Part shown: piece after piece, positions 1 through 14,082 of the stretch | Position numbering within the stretch: position 1 is the stretch's first letter | How the letters are laid out: every line of letters begins with the position of its first letter | From: Paragordius varius | Taxonomy: Eukaryota; Animalia; Nematomorpha | DNA: 64,000 nucleotides | Assembly (NCBI GenBank): GCA_964247055.1 | Contig: OZ176052.1 | Location: 11,098,001-11,162,000 of the forward strand | Reading direction: 5' to 3' | Notes under the pieces: model-generated | What the model was told of the DNA's origin: nothing | Databases searched by the model: none | What the model saw: the letters and a program-made list of their open reading frames with translations, nothing else | Program-made: the position numbers and the translations under genes

Positions 1-2
1 CT

Positions 3-3000
3 ACTTCAAAACCCTACGCTGATTATAATAAGTCAAATGTTATTCAATCAGTTAATACCCAATCTAACGTGTCTAAGGTGGAAAATGTTGCCTCCGATCT
101 AAGACATAACGTAGGAGCTCCATCAATGGCCAATAAAAATACCTATGCTGAAAATCCCGAAATACCAGATGCTATAAAAATTGTTGGCATGGCTCCTCGT
201 AATTCAATTAGCGACGATTTTTGGAGTACTCCGGTTATCTCGTCTGATACAACTCATGGGCACCCTAGTGCAGATAAAAATGTTTATGAAAATAAAATGA
301 CTAAGGTTGGGAAAGTACATCCACAAGCTTCAGACTTATCACATCCTACGAATGCGGAAAATATTCGTACAAACGTACATTATAGTTTAAGTGATAAACA
401 TGAACCATTGGCCGATCTTACTGCAAAATCTGTAACAAATCAATACCACAGTGGAAACGTTAATGATTTATCCAGTGACATGCGGAAAAAACCAATTATT
501 GTAGATTATCATGATTCACATATTGCTAGGCACCCCGATCAAACTACGGAATCAAATGTCGCTCATCGATTTGATGAACATTACGATCGTGATAAACCAA
601 TTATAATAGATTATCAAGATCCTAAAATGATGAATTTGTCAACACAAACACAGCAAAATCAGATAAGTGCCAAAGGTAATGCACAATTTTATGAGACACA
701 TCAAATTAATCCGGAACATTTGCCCCATCTAAAGGATAATCAGAAATATGAGCAATTCATGAATTTTGGCCACCCGAGTGCGCAATTAACGAAAATTATT
801 GCAAAACCACCCGGTGACATAATTACCGGTTTTCATGATCAAAACGTTTATTCTAATGTTGGGCAAAATATGGGGTCAAAAATCAATGAATCGCCTTATC
901 AACACATAGATAGCCATTTGGTAGATCATCATAATGTACCCAGTAAAACAGAAATAGCAACCACCATTCCGTACCAGGTTAAAGCTTCTCCGCGCCTACA
1001 ACATGAACCGAAACACGTAGTGACTGAGATCAGACCGAACCAAGTTTTACCTCATACATTGGAACAGAAAACATCTCATTACCAACCAGGTGTACCACAA
1101 CAATCAAAGTTACCTCATGAAATATCGAGTCATCCTGCTCATGCTTACTATCGACCAGAAAGAGATGAAATCGCTATTGATAATTTCAACTATAGTCGAG
1201 GAGAAGATGAAAATATCCCATATCCGTATGGCAAACATGAACATAAAACCGGCATCGATGATAATTTTAGTAAACCATCCCATATTTTAACTACAAATAC
1301 TGTTGTTAAAAATGATATCTCCGCTGATTTGGAAAGTACGCATCCATCTGCGCAATTTAAACCAGTTTTATCAAGTACAGTGGCTAGCCCTAATGTAAAT
1401 ATGGCTCAATCTAAAGTCGAAAAACCTGAAATATTCCGTCAAGTGGATAACGTTGACAAAACGTACCTTAATTATAGCGATAGTAATCCAAATTTTATTA
1501 ATCAATATGAAAGAGTTTCACCTGTATCCGACGCAAAGAGAGCCGAAGAACCGACATTTGTTAGCGCCCAGGACGAAGCGATGAGTCAAATGGCTAAAAA
1601 TTTTGCAAACACGATTGCGATTGGAACACCCGTTTTTATTGCTGCTAAAACTGCAAACGTTCCCAAGGATGCAAACTATAATGATATTACTACACCAATG
1701 AGTGAACGAACAGAGGGTAAACCATTCCATTCAGACAGTAATAGTTATAAAGGGAAAACGGGGCCAGTCATTGAAAATAAGAGTGTTTCAGATTTCAATA
1801 TTCATGAAAAACGACCTGAATCAAATGAACATTACAATCAGAAAATGATAAATAAAAATGTTCCTTCTCCATCAACACCCAAAGATACTAAGCATGTAGA
1901 ACAAATTCATGAAATTAAACCTTTTTCAGAAACTCATCAACATGTGGACAAACAGCGTGTTACGCAACAAACACCTAACCTAGCTTCACCTTTTCTTGTG
2001 CATGGTGAACCCGTATCTAACACTTCTTTCCAAAACAATTATGATAACCAAATGAACCAAATTGCAAAAAATATAGCCCAAACGGCTATAGCAGCCACCC
2101 CTATTCTACCTGGGCAAAAAACAGTGGCATTGGATGACACTAAAAAACCTGTGGAATATAATACAAATCAACAGAGAATTGAATCGCCACACCTACAACA
2201 ATCACCTACCGGAAAAAATATTGCTGTCCAAAAAGAGGTATCGAAAATGCCTGAAAGTAGCGGTGGATTTCTGAGTTTTGGAAACACTAATTACGGTGAT
2301 AAAGATATTGACATCAATGATCAGAATTATTTTGTACATCAAATTACTCCCGAAACTCATAGAATTCATGATAATATTCATGCCAAGACAAACTTAACCA
2401 CAGGTAATAATGATAAATCAGGAATTAACAAACAACACCCCGAATATTATAAGGATATTGAGATACCCGTTGAAATTGATTATCTTGATTACACTGATAA
2501 AAGGCCAAATTTCCATGACCCTAATGTTCTGCACGGGAAGAGATCCACCCCGACGGAAACATTTGGTGATATTCTTGTACACGGAGAACCTATCTCAACT
2601 CATCAACCAAGCTCTGAGAAACAATTAGGTCAATTGGCCAAAAATATTGCAGGGACTATTGTTGCAGCAACGCCTGCGTTGATTGGAGCAAATACTATCA
2701 CAGATAAATCTACTTCTAAGCAAGGAAATGCTGATAACACATTTTCACAAAGCCAATCAATCAAGTCTGATAAAAGTGTTGGACAGCAACCTTTATATTA
2801 TAATAATGATCGAGAAATTGATTTGACTGATCAAAGCTATTTCATACATCAAATCAAACCCGAAATGCATGAAACTCATGGCACTAAATCTTTTACGGAT
2901 ACAAAGTACACGAAAGATAACACAAAAGCTGGTACTAAGCAGCATTCAGAATTTTACAAAGACATTGAAATTCCTGTCGAAATCGATTATTTAGATTATA

Positions 3001-6000
3001 CGGAAAAATATCCGACGTTTTACGACAAATTTGGCAATAAAATTATCAAAGATGTTTTAGTTAATACACCTTATAAACCCACAAATAGCAATGAAACAAA
3101 AACATATATGACTGATAAAATGAAAAATGTTCCATCATCTTCATTTCAAACAGCACAAGGGCATAATGCTAACAAACCAGAACATTTTATAGAAATAGAA
3201 AGAGTGGATGATGATTATTTAGATTATACGGATCAAAATCCATTTTTTTATGATAAATTCGGGAATATTATTAAAACGCCTCAAAAGATTGACAATGCTG
3301 CTACAGTAATGATAAATAAAAAAACAGCGAAAGGAAATAATGGTAAACAGACGCAGTATATAGACAAAAATATCATTGAAAACAATACGAAAAAACAGCT
3401 AATTGATAAAAATAAAAGGGCCGGGGCATATCACGATAATAGTGTAAAACAACAAAATGCGCCAGAATACTTCAAAGAAATTGATAGAGTGGATGATGAC
3501 TATTTGGATTATACCGATGAAAATCCCTTCTTTTACGATAAATTTGGTAATAAAATATCGCATGATGGTAAGGTTACACAACAACAACAAACTCATTTAG
3601 CGGAGGGAGTGTCCACCCAGAAACCAGATAAGCAACATTTTGCTGATAATCAAACATTAACCAAATCTCGGCCGGAATATTTCAAAGAAATTGAAAGAAT
3701 AGAAGATGATTATTTGGATTATACTGATAAACATCCAACTTTCGTCGATGAGTTTGGGAACACTGTTCGCCATGTAAATTTTACAGATACCGCTCAAAAG
3801 GGGAGGCCTGATTTAACCAAAAATCTAATTGACAACACTGCACATACATCTCAATCCCAAAATAACGAATTTAATCAAAAAACCAGTCTTGGTGGAAATA
3901 TGAAGGGCAATATAGTAACACAAAATCAACCTCAACAATCAATGATTGATAGTAAACGCGAGAAACCGGAATTTTTTAGGGAGGTGGAAAGAGTTGAAGA
4001 CGACTACTTGGATTATACTGATAAGAATCCAAATTTTTTTGATCAATTTGGTAATCCTGTACATTCGAGTTCCTTACAGCATAAGGGGAGGCCTGAGTTA
4101 AGGGAAACAGCAAATAAATCATCCAAAAATACCAGTCCTAATCAAAAATATATTAAGTCTGAAATAGTTGATCATAATACGGATCAGAAGGGGAGGCCTA
4201 AGCAACATCAACCTCTGAAAAATGAAAACAAAAATGCACCTCAAAAAGATCATCACATCGATAAAATTATTGCGAAAAGCCCTGCGAAGCATACACAAAA
4301 TAGCGATGTAAAACCTATTCCAATAAAAACTATGGAATCTAAGGGGAGGCCTACCTCACCAAAATTAAATAAATCAAACGCCCTAAAACAAAATGTTGTG
4401 CCAGAAAATATTCTCTACGATCAAAAGACAAATGGCCAGAATATAGTTAGCTACAATCAAGCTTTACCAAATCAAAAATCAGATATTGGTTTTAACACTA
4501 ACGTTAAAAATAATAAAAATGATAATAACCACCAAATACATATTCATCAGGTGAAGCCTCAGTTAAAACCTGGCTTACAACCTGCAGATACGAAGTTAAA
4601 AGACCAGGGTAATAATCAAAGTTTACATCATTTAGACGGTATGGGCCAAACATTATCCTTATTGACATCAGAGCAAGATACACCCAAAGCTTATGAAAAT
4701 GTTCCAAATAAATCAAACGTTAAAAAACGGGCACAGTCCAAGAGTCCGCCTAAAAATAAAAATCAACCGAATCAAAAACGGGTCGAATCCAAATCTCCTA
4801 TCAACAACCAAAATAATAATGTTAAGAATAAAAATAATAGAAAAAACAAAAACACGGCAAGAAGTGTCAGTCGAAATGGTAGGCAACAAGAACACAACCA
4901 GCAAGTTGCAAACAAAGGAACTATAAATCAACCAGCATCACCTCATGTCATTGGTATTGAGAGCGGTCATGTTCCTCTAAAGGACCATCCTACTATTTCA
5001 TCTCCCTTAATTGCGCAATCTAAATTGTTATTACACGACGAAGAAAAAAATCTACCAAAGCAAGGCAATAACAAAATATCTTCTGTTCAATCAACTTCTA
5101 AACCACAAAATATTTCAGGTGAACAGTATCAATATCCTATTCCACACCAATCACCTCTTGAAGCGTTAAAGCATCATAATGCCCCAAATCACCCGTTAAG
5201 ACATAACGCGAACTATGAGAACACTTCTATGGAAGGATTTGACGCTAAGGACAATCGTAATATACATCATCAAGCAGCTCCTGTGCACGTACCCGATGCT
5301 TTGACCACCGAAGAATTTGAAACTGATGGATTAGCTCAAAGAGATTTTGATAAACATAGCAAAGAATATCACTTCACGGAACACAATGATAGGGTTAAAC
5401 CATCTGCCCAACATCATCATAGAGCCGCTGAAAAGGATCAAAAGCGTGAAAGAGATATTGAGGAGCAATACGAAGCATCTCTTCCGTCAGGACCTTTGAC
5501 TAATGACATAAAAATTGGCCACTCCGTCGTTCATACCAATAAACACGTGGATCGAAACGATCATCCCGTTAACTCAACACAATATGATGACAAAAAGTCT
5601 TATATTAAATCGGCGTCTAAACCACAAAATGTTGTTGAAGGTGATAACTATCAATATCCTATACCAAACCAGTCTCCTCTTGAAGCGTTGAGGCATCATA
5701 ATGTCCCGAATCAACCAACAACACACAAAGCAAATTATTCTGATACCGCTGTTGAAGGGTTTAATGCTAAAGACAATCGTAATTTACATCATAAAGCAGA
5801 TCCTGTCCACGTGCCTGATGCTTTGACCATCGAAGAATTTGAAACTGATGGATTATCTCAAAGAGATTATGATAAACATAGCAAAGAGTATCACTTCACA
5901 GAGCACAATGATAGGGTTAAACCATCGGCCCAACATCATCATAGAGCCGCTGAAAAGGAGGAAAAGCGTGAAAGAGATGTTGAGTTACAATACGAAGCAT

Positions 6001-9000
6001 CTCTTCCGTCAGGACCTTTACCTAATGACATAAAAATTGGATACTCTGTTGTTCACACCAATAAACACGTGGATCGAAACGATCATCACCCTATGAAAAA
6101 TTCAAACATTACCACCGCCGATAAAAACGTTCTCACCAAATCTAACATGGATTTCAATGAAGGTTCTCCCTTCTCTGAAACAATAAATTTGGTCAATCAC
6201 AATTTGAATACATCCGAAATCCAAGGAGATGGTAAATCAGTTCGTCAACCACATATCGATAATAATCATACACCAGGACAAGCTGATCACAAGCCTAAGA
6301 ATGTTCGTGAGAGATCCATTGATTCAGGATACGGTTTAACTTCGGCACAAATTAGTCCGGCTACGCCAATATCACCGCTTGCATCTCATCATCAATATAG
6401 CCCTAAATCGGATGTATCTGGTCAATCTCATAAATTACATCAACAAACCTCACCACGTATAAACACTGAGTCTATCCAAGTTACACCTGACCTTACAAAT
6501 AATGATCAATTTTTTAGTGGAAAAGATGATCGTAACACAAGAATTGGTAAAATTCATACAAGTAATACCCCAACTGTTGAGGAGTATGAAGCCAAACTGC
6601 CTACCTCATCTAATAAAGAAGAAACATCATCAACCTCGCATAAAAAGAGAACCCCATCCTTTAAACAAGTCATGAATGAGAAGGGTGAACTAGTGACAAT
6701 AATTAATCCTACGGCTTTTGAAGCATCTATCGTGTGTCCGCAAGGCCAATCAAAAACGACCATATCTTCTGATAAGGAGTTATCTAAACACGAAAAAGAA
6801 TGGGTTCAAAATAAGAAGCAAATAGGAGTGGTTGAAAAGGATACCGACAAAATTCAACATTCTGCTCAAGCGCCAAAACAAAATAAAGAAAAGATTGGAC
6901 AGACGAACAAAACAATCGAACCCACATCCATCTATGACATTAATTATCGTTTACACCACATGTTACAAAAGCCTGAGAACTTTAAGAACCCCGTGTATGT
7001 TACCGAAGTTCAAAAACTTGTTAGCGACGCAAAACAAAAAATTGACCCTTTGCTTCACTCCCTGAATGATAACGATCACAATGACGCTAAAATTGTAAGC
7101 ATGGCTTTTTTGCTTTTAATTTAAATGTGTGGGATAGCTTTTGCATGTATAAACGTTAATTATTTGCTTATGATAATAAGTGCAATGCTTAAAATAAGTG
7201 CCCGTATACAGCAACAAGCTCTATTATAGACCATATCTGTATTTTAAATGGCTAAAATAGTGTTTAATTTACAAGTCAGATGCATGAGATTTTAATTATA
7301 TTGGTTACTTTTTGGAAAACTGTGGAGAAAAAAATACTCTGTTCAATAAATATTAATTAAATTAATAAAAATTAAAAACATACATGGCTACTAACTTGTA
7401 AATTAAATAACTTTTTAATCATTTAAACACATATAAACTATAATAGTGCTCGTTACTGTAATAATAAGTGCCCGTGTATTACATATTTGGCAAGTTTGAT
7501 ATTTAATGCAAAATATTATTCCAACTTACGTAGAAAATACTGCAAGATTTGACGCACCTCAATAAGAATGTGGAAAAAACTAAGCATGCTATTTCAGTGC
7601 ATCAACCTATGGCCGATATTAAAGAGCTTAATGCAGTAAATGAGTTGGCTCAAAAACACATACCAGAACTCAAAACCAAACTGAGTGATCCTAAGCAAAA
7701 AGAAATTAATCAAAAACTTAATACGTTGGAGGGTATGGTAAAATCATTTAAAAATTTGTTAACCTCATTATCTGGAGAACAGGCACCCAAATTTCATGAA
7801 ATTCAAACTGATTTCAAAAAAATCCAAAATATTAAGGATATTGAACTTATAAAAGCCAAGTTAGCTACATTGATTGCCGAAATTAAACCTAGAATTGAGA
7901 AAAATCAAAAAGATATTGAAAACATTGTGACTCAACTTAAATCTAACAATCTGAGTGCGGAACCTGGTCAAGTACTTAAGAAACTAACCAATGAAACACA
8001 GGCTACGAATCAAGCTCTGAATGAAAAACTCAATAATTTAAATAAAATTGATGCAAATTTGGATGCAATCACTAAATTTTTTAGTAAGTTTGAAAAACAA
8101 AATCAGGAAATCTTAAATTGGGTAAATCAGACTCAACCTATGCTTGGGAAAGAAAAAATTGTTCCTGACAAGAAAACATTGGCTGATATATCAGTAATTT
8201 TTTACACATATTTTAATATTACTTAAATTTGACAAATTTGAAGCTTAACTTACATAAAAATTGCGTTTTTGTCCTTAGAAACAAATTACTGCAAACACTT
8301 TGACACTAGAAGAGTCAGAACGAGCATGTGACAATGTATTGGATCCGAACAGTTCGGTATCCAAAAGCATCAAAAAAAGTATTGGAGACATTAAACAAAA
8401 GATTCAACACGTGGATGGTATGTATAAGGATGCCCTAAATTCACAAACAACCCTAGCTAAAATTATGGATCAAACTGGACGTGATATCAAAAGAATCGAG
8501 AAATCAGTTTCGGATTTACAAGAACAGCGACAAAAAGCGCGTGTTGATGAATTGCCGCAACACTTGAAAAACGTTAACATTCTCAACGATTATAAGAAAA
8601 TAATTCCTGTTTTAGATCATTTCAATGTAAGTTTTTTGAGCAATGTTAACACAATTATTGTTTAAGTAAAATTATTTCATAAAAATTGGTGTTTTCCAAT
8701 ATGTTTTCACAGAAAACTGGGAAACAATACGTTCAGCTGTATCCCGCCATTAGTCAAATACGTACGGGTTTGGAAAAATTTGGACACGAGAAGCCTCAAT
8801 TTAACAAAAATTTGTCACCTTTTTATGATTCACTTAACACACTGACAGTTAACGCTGAGGATTTAGAGACAAAAGTTAAATTTTATTTGAATTCATTTCA
8901 ATCAATGCTTTTTAAGTAGTTTATTTATTTAATATATATATTATAGGATAAAGATACATTAAGATATCTCTTTAAGAAGATTGATAATGACTTAAAATCC

Positions 9001-12000
9001 GACAAACATAGCATAGATAAGGACTTCAAAGAAATCAATAATTTTATCTCATCCCAAGGATCTAAACCTGATGAAATGGATTTTGATCCCAATTCTCAAG
9101 AAATAACGGTTTTTTTCATATTTTATATCAAATGTTTTTTGTTTGTGTTTTGATGAATTAATAATTATACTTATGGTTTAATAGGATATTCAAACTCGTT
9201 TGGATAAGATTAAAACGAATCTTGACAAATATAAATCTGCATATCTTGATTCGAATCTTTTGCCCAAACTAAGTGAAACGTATCAAATTTATCAAGTTGA
9301 TGTACATATCCCTGCCGTTGATAAGCTGAAGGATGAATTGTCATCCACGCGTAAAATTATTGGGGACAGCGAAACACAATTAAAGAAAATTAAGCAAGAA
9401 AGGACGAATTATTTAAAAAATACTCAAAGTGAGTTGGAGAAAATAGAATCTTGCCAGCGGGATTTAGTGAGAGAGGCTCAAAAATTCAACAAAATCAATG
9501 AAAATCATGATTACGAGACATTAAGTGACAAAATTGAGGCTGGACTTAAACCTGCCCTTAAAACATTTGTAAACACATATGAGCCACGGATTAGGGAAAT
9601 CCAAAATTTGGTGGTAAAAACATAAAATTTTTGACATTCTTTTTTAAACCTTTTAATCTATATTATAAAATTCTTACGGTTAACTTTTAAAAAATATTAC
9701 CATTCATTTAGACACAAACCGTATCTACGCCGAAACATGGAAAAGATTCTCAAAGCCAAAAATTATCAGAAAAGGCTAAAGCTTTAACAACGGATTATTA
9801 TATTCCGATTACCGAATGGGTCCAGTATCAAATCAAAAAGTATATTTTTATTTTTAAATATATTTAAATACCAAAATCTGGATTCTAATTTTTTTTCATT
9901 ATTGTCGTCAGCCTAAAAACAATTAATATTAAGCCCTATAAAGAGCCTAACTAAGATATTTTTTCAAACATTTGTTTAAACTATAAATAAATAAATTTGT
10001 GCTTGTTTTATAGCGATGAAGATTTACTTAAACAAGCGGAACCATTGTTTGAAGAGGCCAACATGTTAACCAACAAACTTTCGCAAGATAAAACACTTCA
10101 TGACTTAACTAATGCGCTTAAACATGTGAAATCGGGTACAGTTTTTTCAGGGTCGGACGAAGGCGGTTTACTTGCTAACATAAGTCCCACCAATTTATTG
10201 GGTAAGTTGGGAAAAACCTTCTTCTCTAGCCATAGTCAATCGACCGACATTACTGACAACACTTTGTCGTCTGCAGAAAAGGGAAGTAAAAGTAGTCGTC
10301 AAAAAGTAAAATCATCTTCTTCGAATAATCAACACCCAATAAGTACTATCAAAGGGGGAGATATGGAATTTACGATTGACCATAATGCACCATCATATCA
10401 AACGCACCTCGGAACGGGTAATATAAAATTTGGAAAAACAAATGATAGTTTTCCCTTTCCTTCGGCTGTAAATGACAAACTTATCCCCTTCCTTAAACCG
10501 GGTGAAAAATTTAGTGACATAAGTCTGCAAGATGTTTTGGATCATGTATCAAACATTAAGCATAATTATTGGTCCCTTTCAAAGCCTCTAATTACTAACT
10601 TGCTAAACTTTAAAGAAACTATCTTGGATAAAGGTCATGGAAAACAACCGCAAACTCATGGTGCGTATGTTGAAAAGTTTAACAAGCTAATTGGAGACAA
10701 CACTAAAATTGTTAGCAAGGAAAAAGATTTATCGAGCAACGATACTCCCATGTTACATAAACAGTGCGCTTTATATGCCACTCAATTACAACAAGCCCTG
10801 GAGAACTTGGATTCTGATAAACAAGAATTTTTGAAAGCTGTCAAAGCTGAAATTCCGCATTACCTTAATTTTATAGAAACAAATATGCCATATCGAAAAC
10901 AAAAGGAAGTTTATACATTTAATCTGAGCAACAAGACACATGGAATAAAACCTATAGCACTTAAAAGCATGGATGAATTAACCAAATATCGTAGCCAAGT
11001 TGTGGTAACTAATTTTATTTTTTAGTAATTTTCAAAACAAATTATGCCAATTTTATTTTAATTTATATTAGCTCGAAAATGAAGATATCAGCATATTGCT
11101 AAATTTGTTGGACAGAATCGAAAGAGAGATCTCAGAAATTCCTGAACTTGAAGAATATTTGAAACAAATTCAAGAATTGCGAAAAAAATTAAATAGCGTC
11201 AAAACTTATTTAGAGGTTATTGAAATTTTTGATAATTATGATTGTAAAAATTAAAGGTGGTAAATATACCTTAGATGAATTTGTAGTTAGAAAATAGTTT
11301 TTCAAAACATAATATATAGAATTTGGTCAAATTATTTTAATATTAGAATTTTTAAAAAGAAACTATTTACTACATTTTTTTATAATTATATATATAACTA
11401 ACTCATTTCATTATTACTTCATCTTTAGGTGAGACACAATGATACCGAGTTAGCAATCACTCATGTCAATGATATAATACGTGAGGACAAAGAGTTGGAA
11501 GGAAAACTGGAACCTGTTCATAAACAATATCAACAAGCCATATCAAGTAAACCATTGTATGTCCCCGGTTTACAAACGGTAAAAGAGTTGGGTCATTCTC
11601 TCCTAACTGATGTTAAGGGCTTAAAAGCATCCAAACCATTTGAATGGCACAAAATGCATGTGGCTTCACCCCTGGCCCTACATGTTGATATTATACCGGC
11701 TGTAATGAATAAACTTAACAAGGTTGAGGCCAACGTTAAAAATATGATCACCGAAGTTGACAACAAATTAAAGGTTGATTTTTGTGTTGTATTATGATAC
11801 AGTAAGTAGTACCCATCCCATTTTATACAAATTTAAAATAAGGTTTTATAGAGCAGTAAAAAATGTATCTAATTATTTGGAATATTTCTGGAATATTATT
11901 AAATGTCTATTTATTGATATTGAAATATTTTTTGATCCAATAAAATTTTATCATAATCATACACAATTATATTTTAGCAGTACAAGGATCAACCCCTGAG

Positions 12001-14082
12001 CAGTACTTCAAAATCGTTAGTGGGTACATCATCGGCCCCCAAAAAAATCGATGAAAACCGTCAAAAGGCTGTGATATCTGATTTTGAAAATTTATGTAAA
12101 CAAGCCTATCTTACGGAAGGAGAATCGTCTCAAGACAAATCATTGGGAGACAAGAATATTGATCTCATGCTATTAGGCAAGCGCCTTATACAAGACAGTA
12201 AAGAAGCCTTAACTAATGAAGCAAAAGACTTTGATCGAGTTAAAACTTTAAATGGACAATTGTTAATGTTATCACCACAATTAACGGCTTTAAAAGGTAT
12301 CTCTAAATACGTCTTAAAGATCTTGGAAAGATATTACAATTAAAACTTAGAAATATGATTTTTTGAGTAAATGTTAAGTTTTATTTTTATTAAGGGCAAA
12401 ACGCTTACACAAAATTGGTTTATATTTTTTTATGATAATAATCTACGCAATTCATTAATTGTTTGTTTTATTTATTTTTGGCAGAACCTAGAGATTTGTG
12501 TACTTTTATCCCGGACGATTTAGATGATAACAAAAAAACTCAATACATCAACCTACAAAAAGAGTATAAAAATACCTTAAACGATGCCCAAAACTCCCTT
12601 AATCAACTCATTCCCCTAAAAAATAATTTGCAATCATTGATTGATTTATTGAATCACCCAGATTTGTTTCAACATCGCTTTAACTTTCATATACCAAAAG
12701 ATTCACATGCACTTACGCAACAACTCAACAAGTAATTAATTATTGAAAAAAAATATTACAATCTGGTTTACTTTTATGGTGTCAAAATATCATTTTTTTA
12801 TATATATTATCAATACTATCTTAGAAATTTCAAATCCATCCTAAAAGCCATAAACCAACGCATTAAAGATTATAAGAGTTTGGGAATAACGGACATTCAA
12901 CCAGAAAGTGACTTCACTCCCGAGTCACCCCCTTCAACGCCCGTTGATGAAGAGGTAATTTCGAAATCTAATTTATATTTGTTCAAATATTTTATCACTC
13001 AATATTTTGTTTTTTATATATAATAAGAAATTTATACCTTTGTTATAACCTTTCTTGATTTTTTAGATGCATAAACATTTTGGAAACATTATTAAATAAT
13101 TTTGAAATAATACCGTTTTTTACATTTGATAATATTTTTTTTTATTTTGGGGCGTTTTAAGGGAGGTCAAACTGATAGTCTTGTGCACAAAATTATTGAT
13201 TTGAAAAACAAGATTTTATCCTCTTCCGTTACCAAACATGTGCCCTTTTCGTCGCCCCCAAAATCGTTGAATGAGTTTGATAATGATATAAATCAACTTA
13301 ATCTTAAGGAAATTGATGTAATATATGTTAGTTATAACTCATAAATATGTAACAACCAAATTTCATAATCACTTATTACAAAATGTTTTAATTGTTTTAG
13401 GAGGATATCTCAAAATTTCATAATAAATCCCCTTACCCCATCATGAAAACGTACATTGACAAATTTGGCAATTTGGTCGGTGAAGAAAAGCAACAATTAA
13501 CAGAAGCTTTAAGCCATTTGATACCAAATTCCGGATTTAATCCAATTAATTCATTGAAGGTATACCACAGAATTTATGAAAACTTTAATTTATTATGTAT
13601 ATAGTTTGTATATTCATATTCAGATGAAAAAATATTATAACTATCTAGGCATATTTTATTAACATCGTTTAAGAGTATAATATAGTTATTGCAATATATA
13701 ATATAAATTACGATAATTGTTCTTTTTTACCCAAACTTAAAAAACCTTTAATGCCTTTAAAACAATATATATATATATAATACTTTACGCACAGGGCTTA
13801 GTCGACAATTACTATGGTACTTCATCGACACTAGATGCACATTCTCCTGACAATTTGGATTTTGCTGGAATACAAGCAGAACGTTCACGTGCAAGACGAG
13901 ATCGATACAGGAAATTGTTTTGGCGTTCGCTTCCTTTACAAGTTTTACTCGTTTCGTTGGTTGGTTTTGCTTGTCTCTTACCTATGACAAGTCATAATCG
14001 TTATGATTGTTTGCATCAAAACACTTTTTTGGCCTCTATGAACCCTAGTCTATACTATCCTCATGGACCTCCTCCCCTATAA
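3..14082 (+). CDS. Giant KASH-domain outer nuclear membrane protein (nesprin/ANC-1/MSP-300-like), 5'-incomplete, 16 exons in window, >3,900 aa
   Basis: Frame is open from base 3 with no upstream stop. Exons join in frame at GT..AG: <3-7094, 7534-8193, 8279-8626, 8713-8874, 8947-9108, 9185-9613, 9712-9839, 10014-11004, 11072-11215, 11429-11773, 11978-12296, 12485-12731, 12825-12954, 13162-13317, 13401-13559, 13795-14082. Last exon encodes RKLFWRSLPLQVLLVSLVGFACLLP...DCLHQNTFLASMNPSLYYPHGPPPL*, i.e. a TM helix plus a luminal tail ending PPPx (KASH). Exons 2-15 are K/E/L-rich helical coiled-coil. Confidence 0.88.
2442..4055 (+). repeat. Six dispersed copies of a ~28-aa protein motif (PEYFKEIERVDDDYLDYTDKNPxFYDKFGN-like) in the giant exon
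   Basis: Copies read directly in the ORF at about 2442, 2949, 3178, 3463, 3673 and 3967. Confidence 0.92.
5097..6088 (+). repeat. Tandem intra-exon duplication, 519-nt (173-aa) period, His-rich
   Basis: TCTAAACCACAAAAT at 5097 and 5616. SKPQN...QSPLEAL(K/R)HHN...VKPSAQHHHRAAEK...HVDRNDH occurs twice with high nucleotide identity. Confidence 0.95.

Noticed and set aside
1090-7065. Numerous short alternative-frame and antisense ORFs within the giant exon
   Set aside because: Expected by-products of a long biased coding sequence; no independent evidence.
69-7124. Stand-alone 2,351-aa intronless gene
   Set aside because: Frame is open upstream of the GTG 'start', and a consensus donor at 7095 joins in phase to the downstream exons; the terminal VSMAFLLLI is intron read-through.
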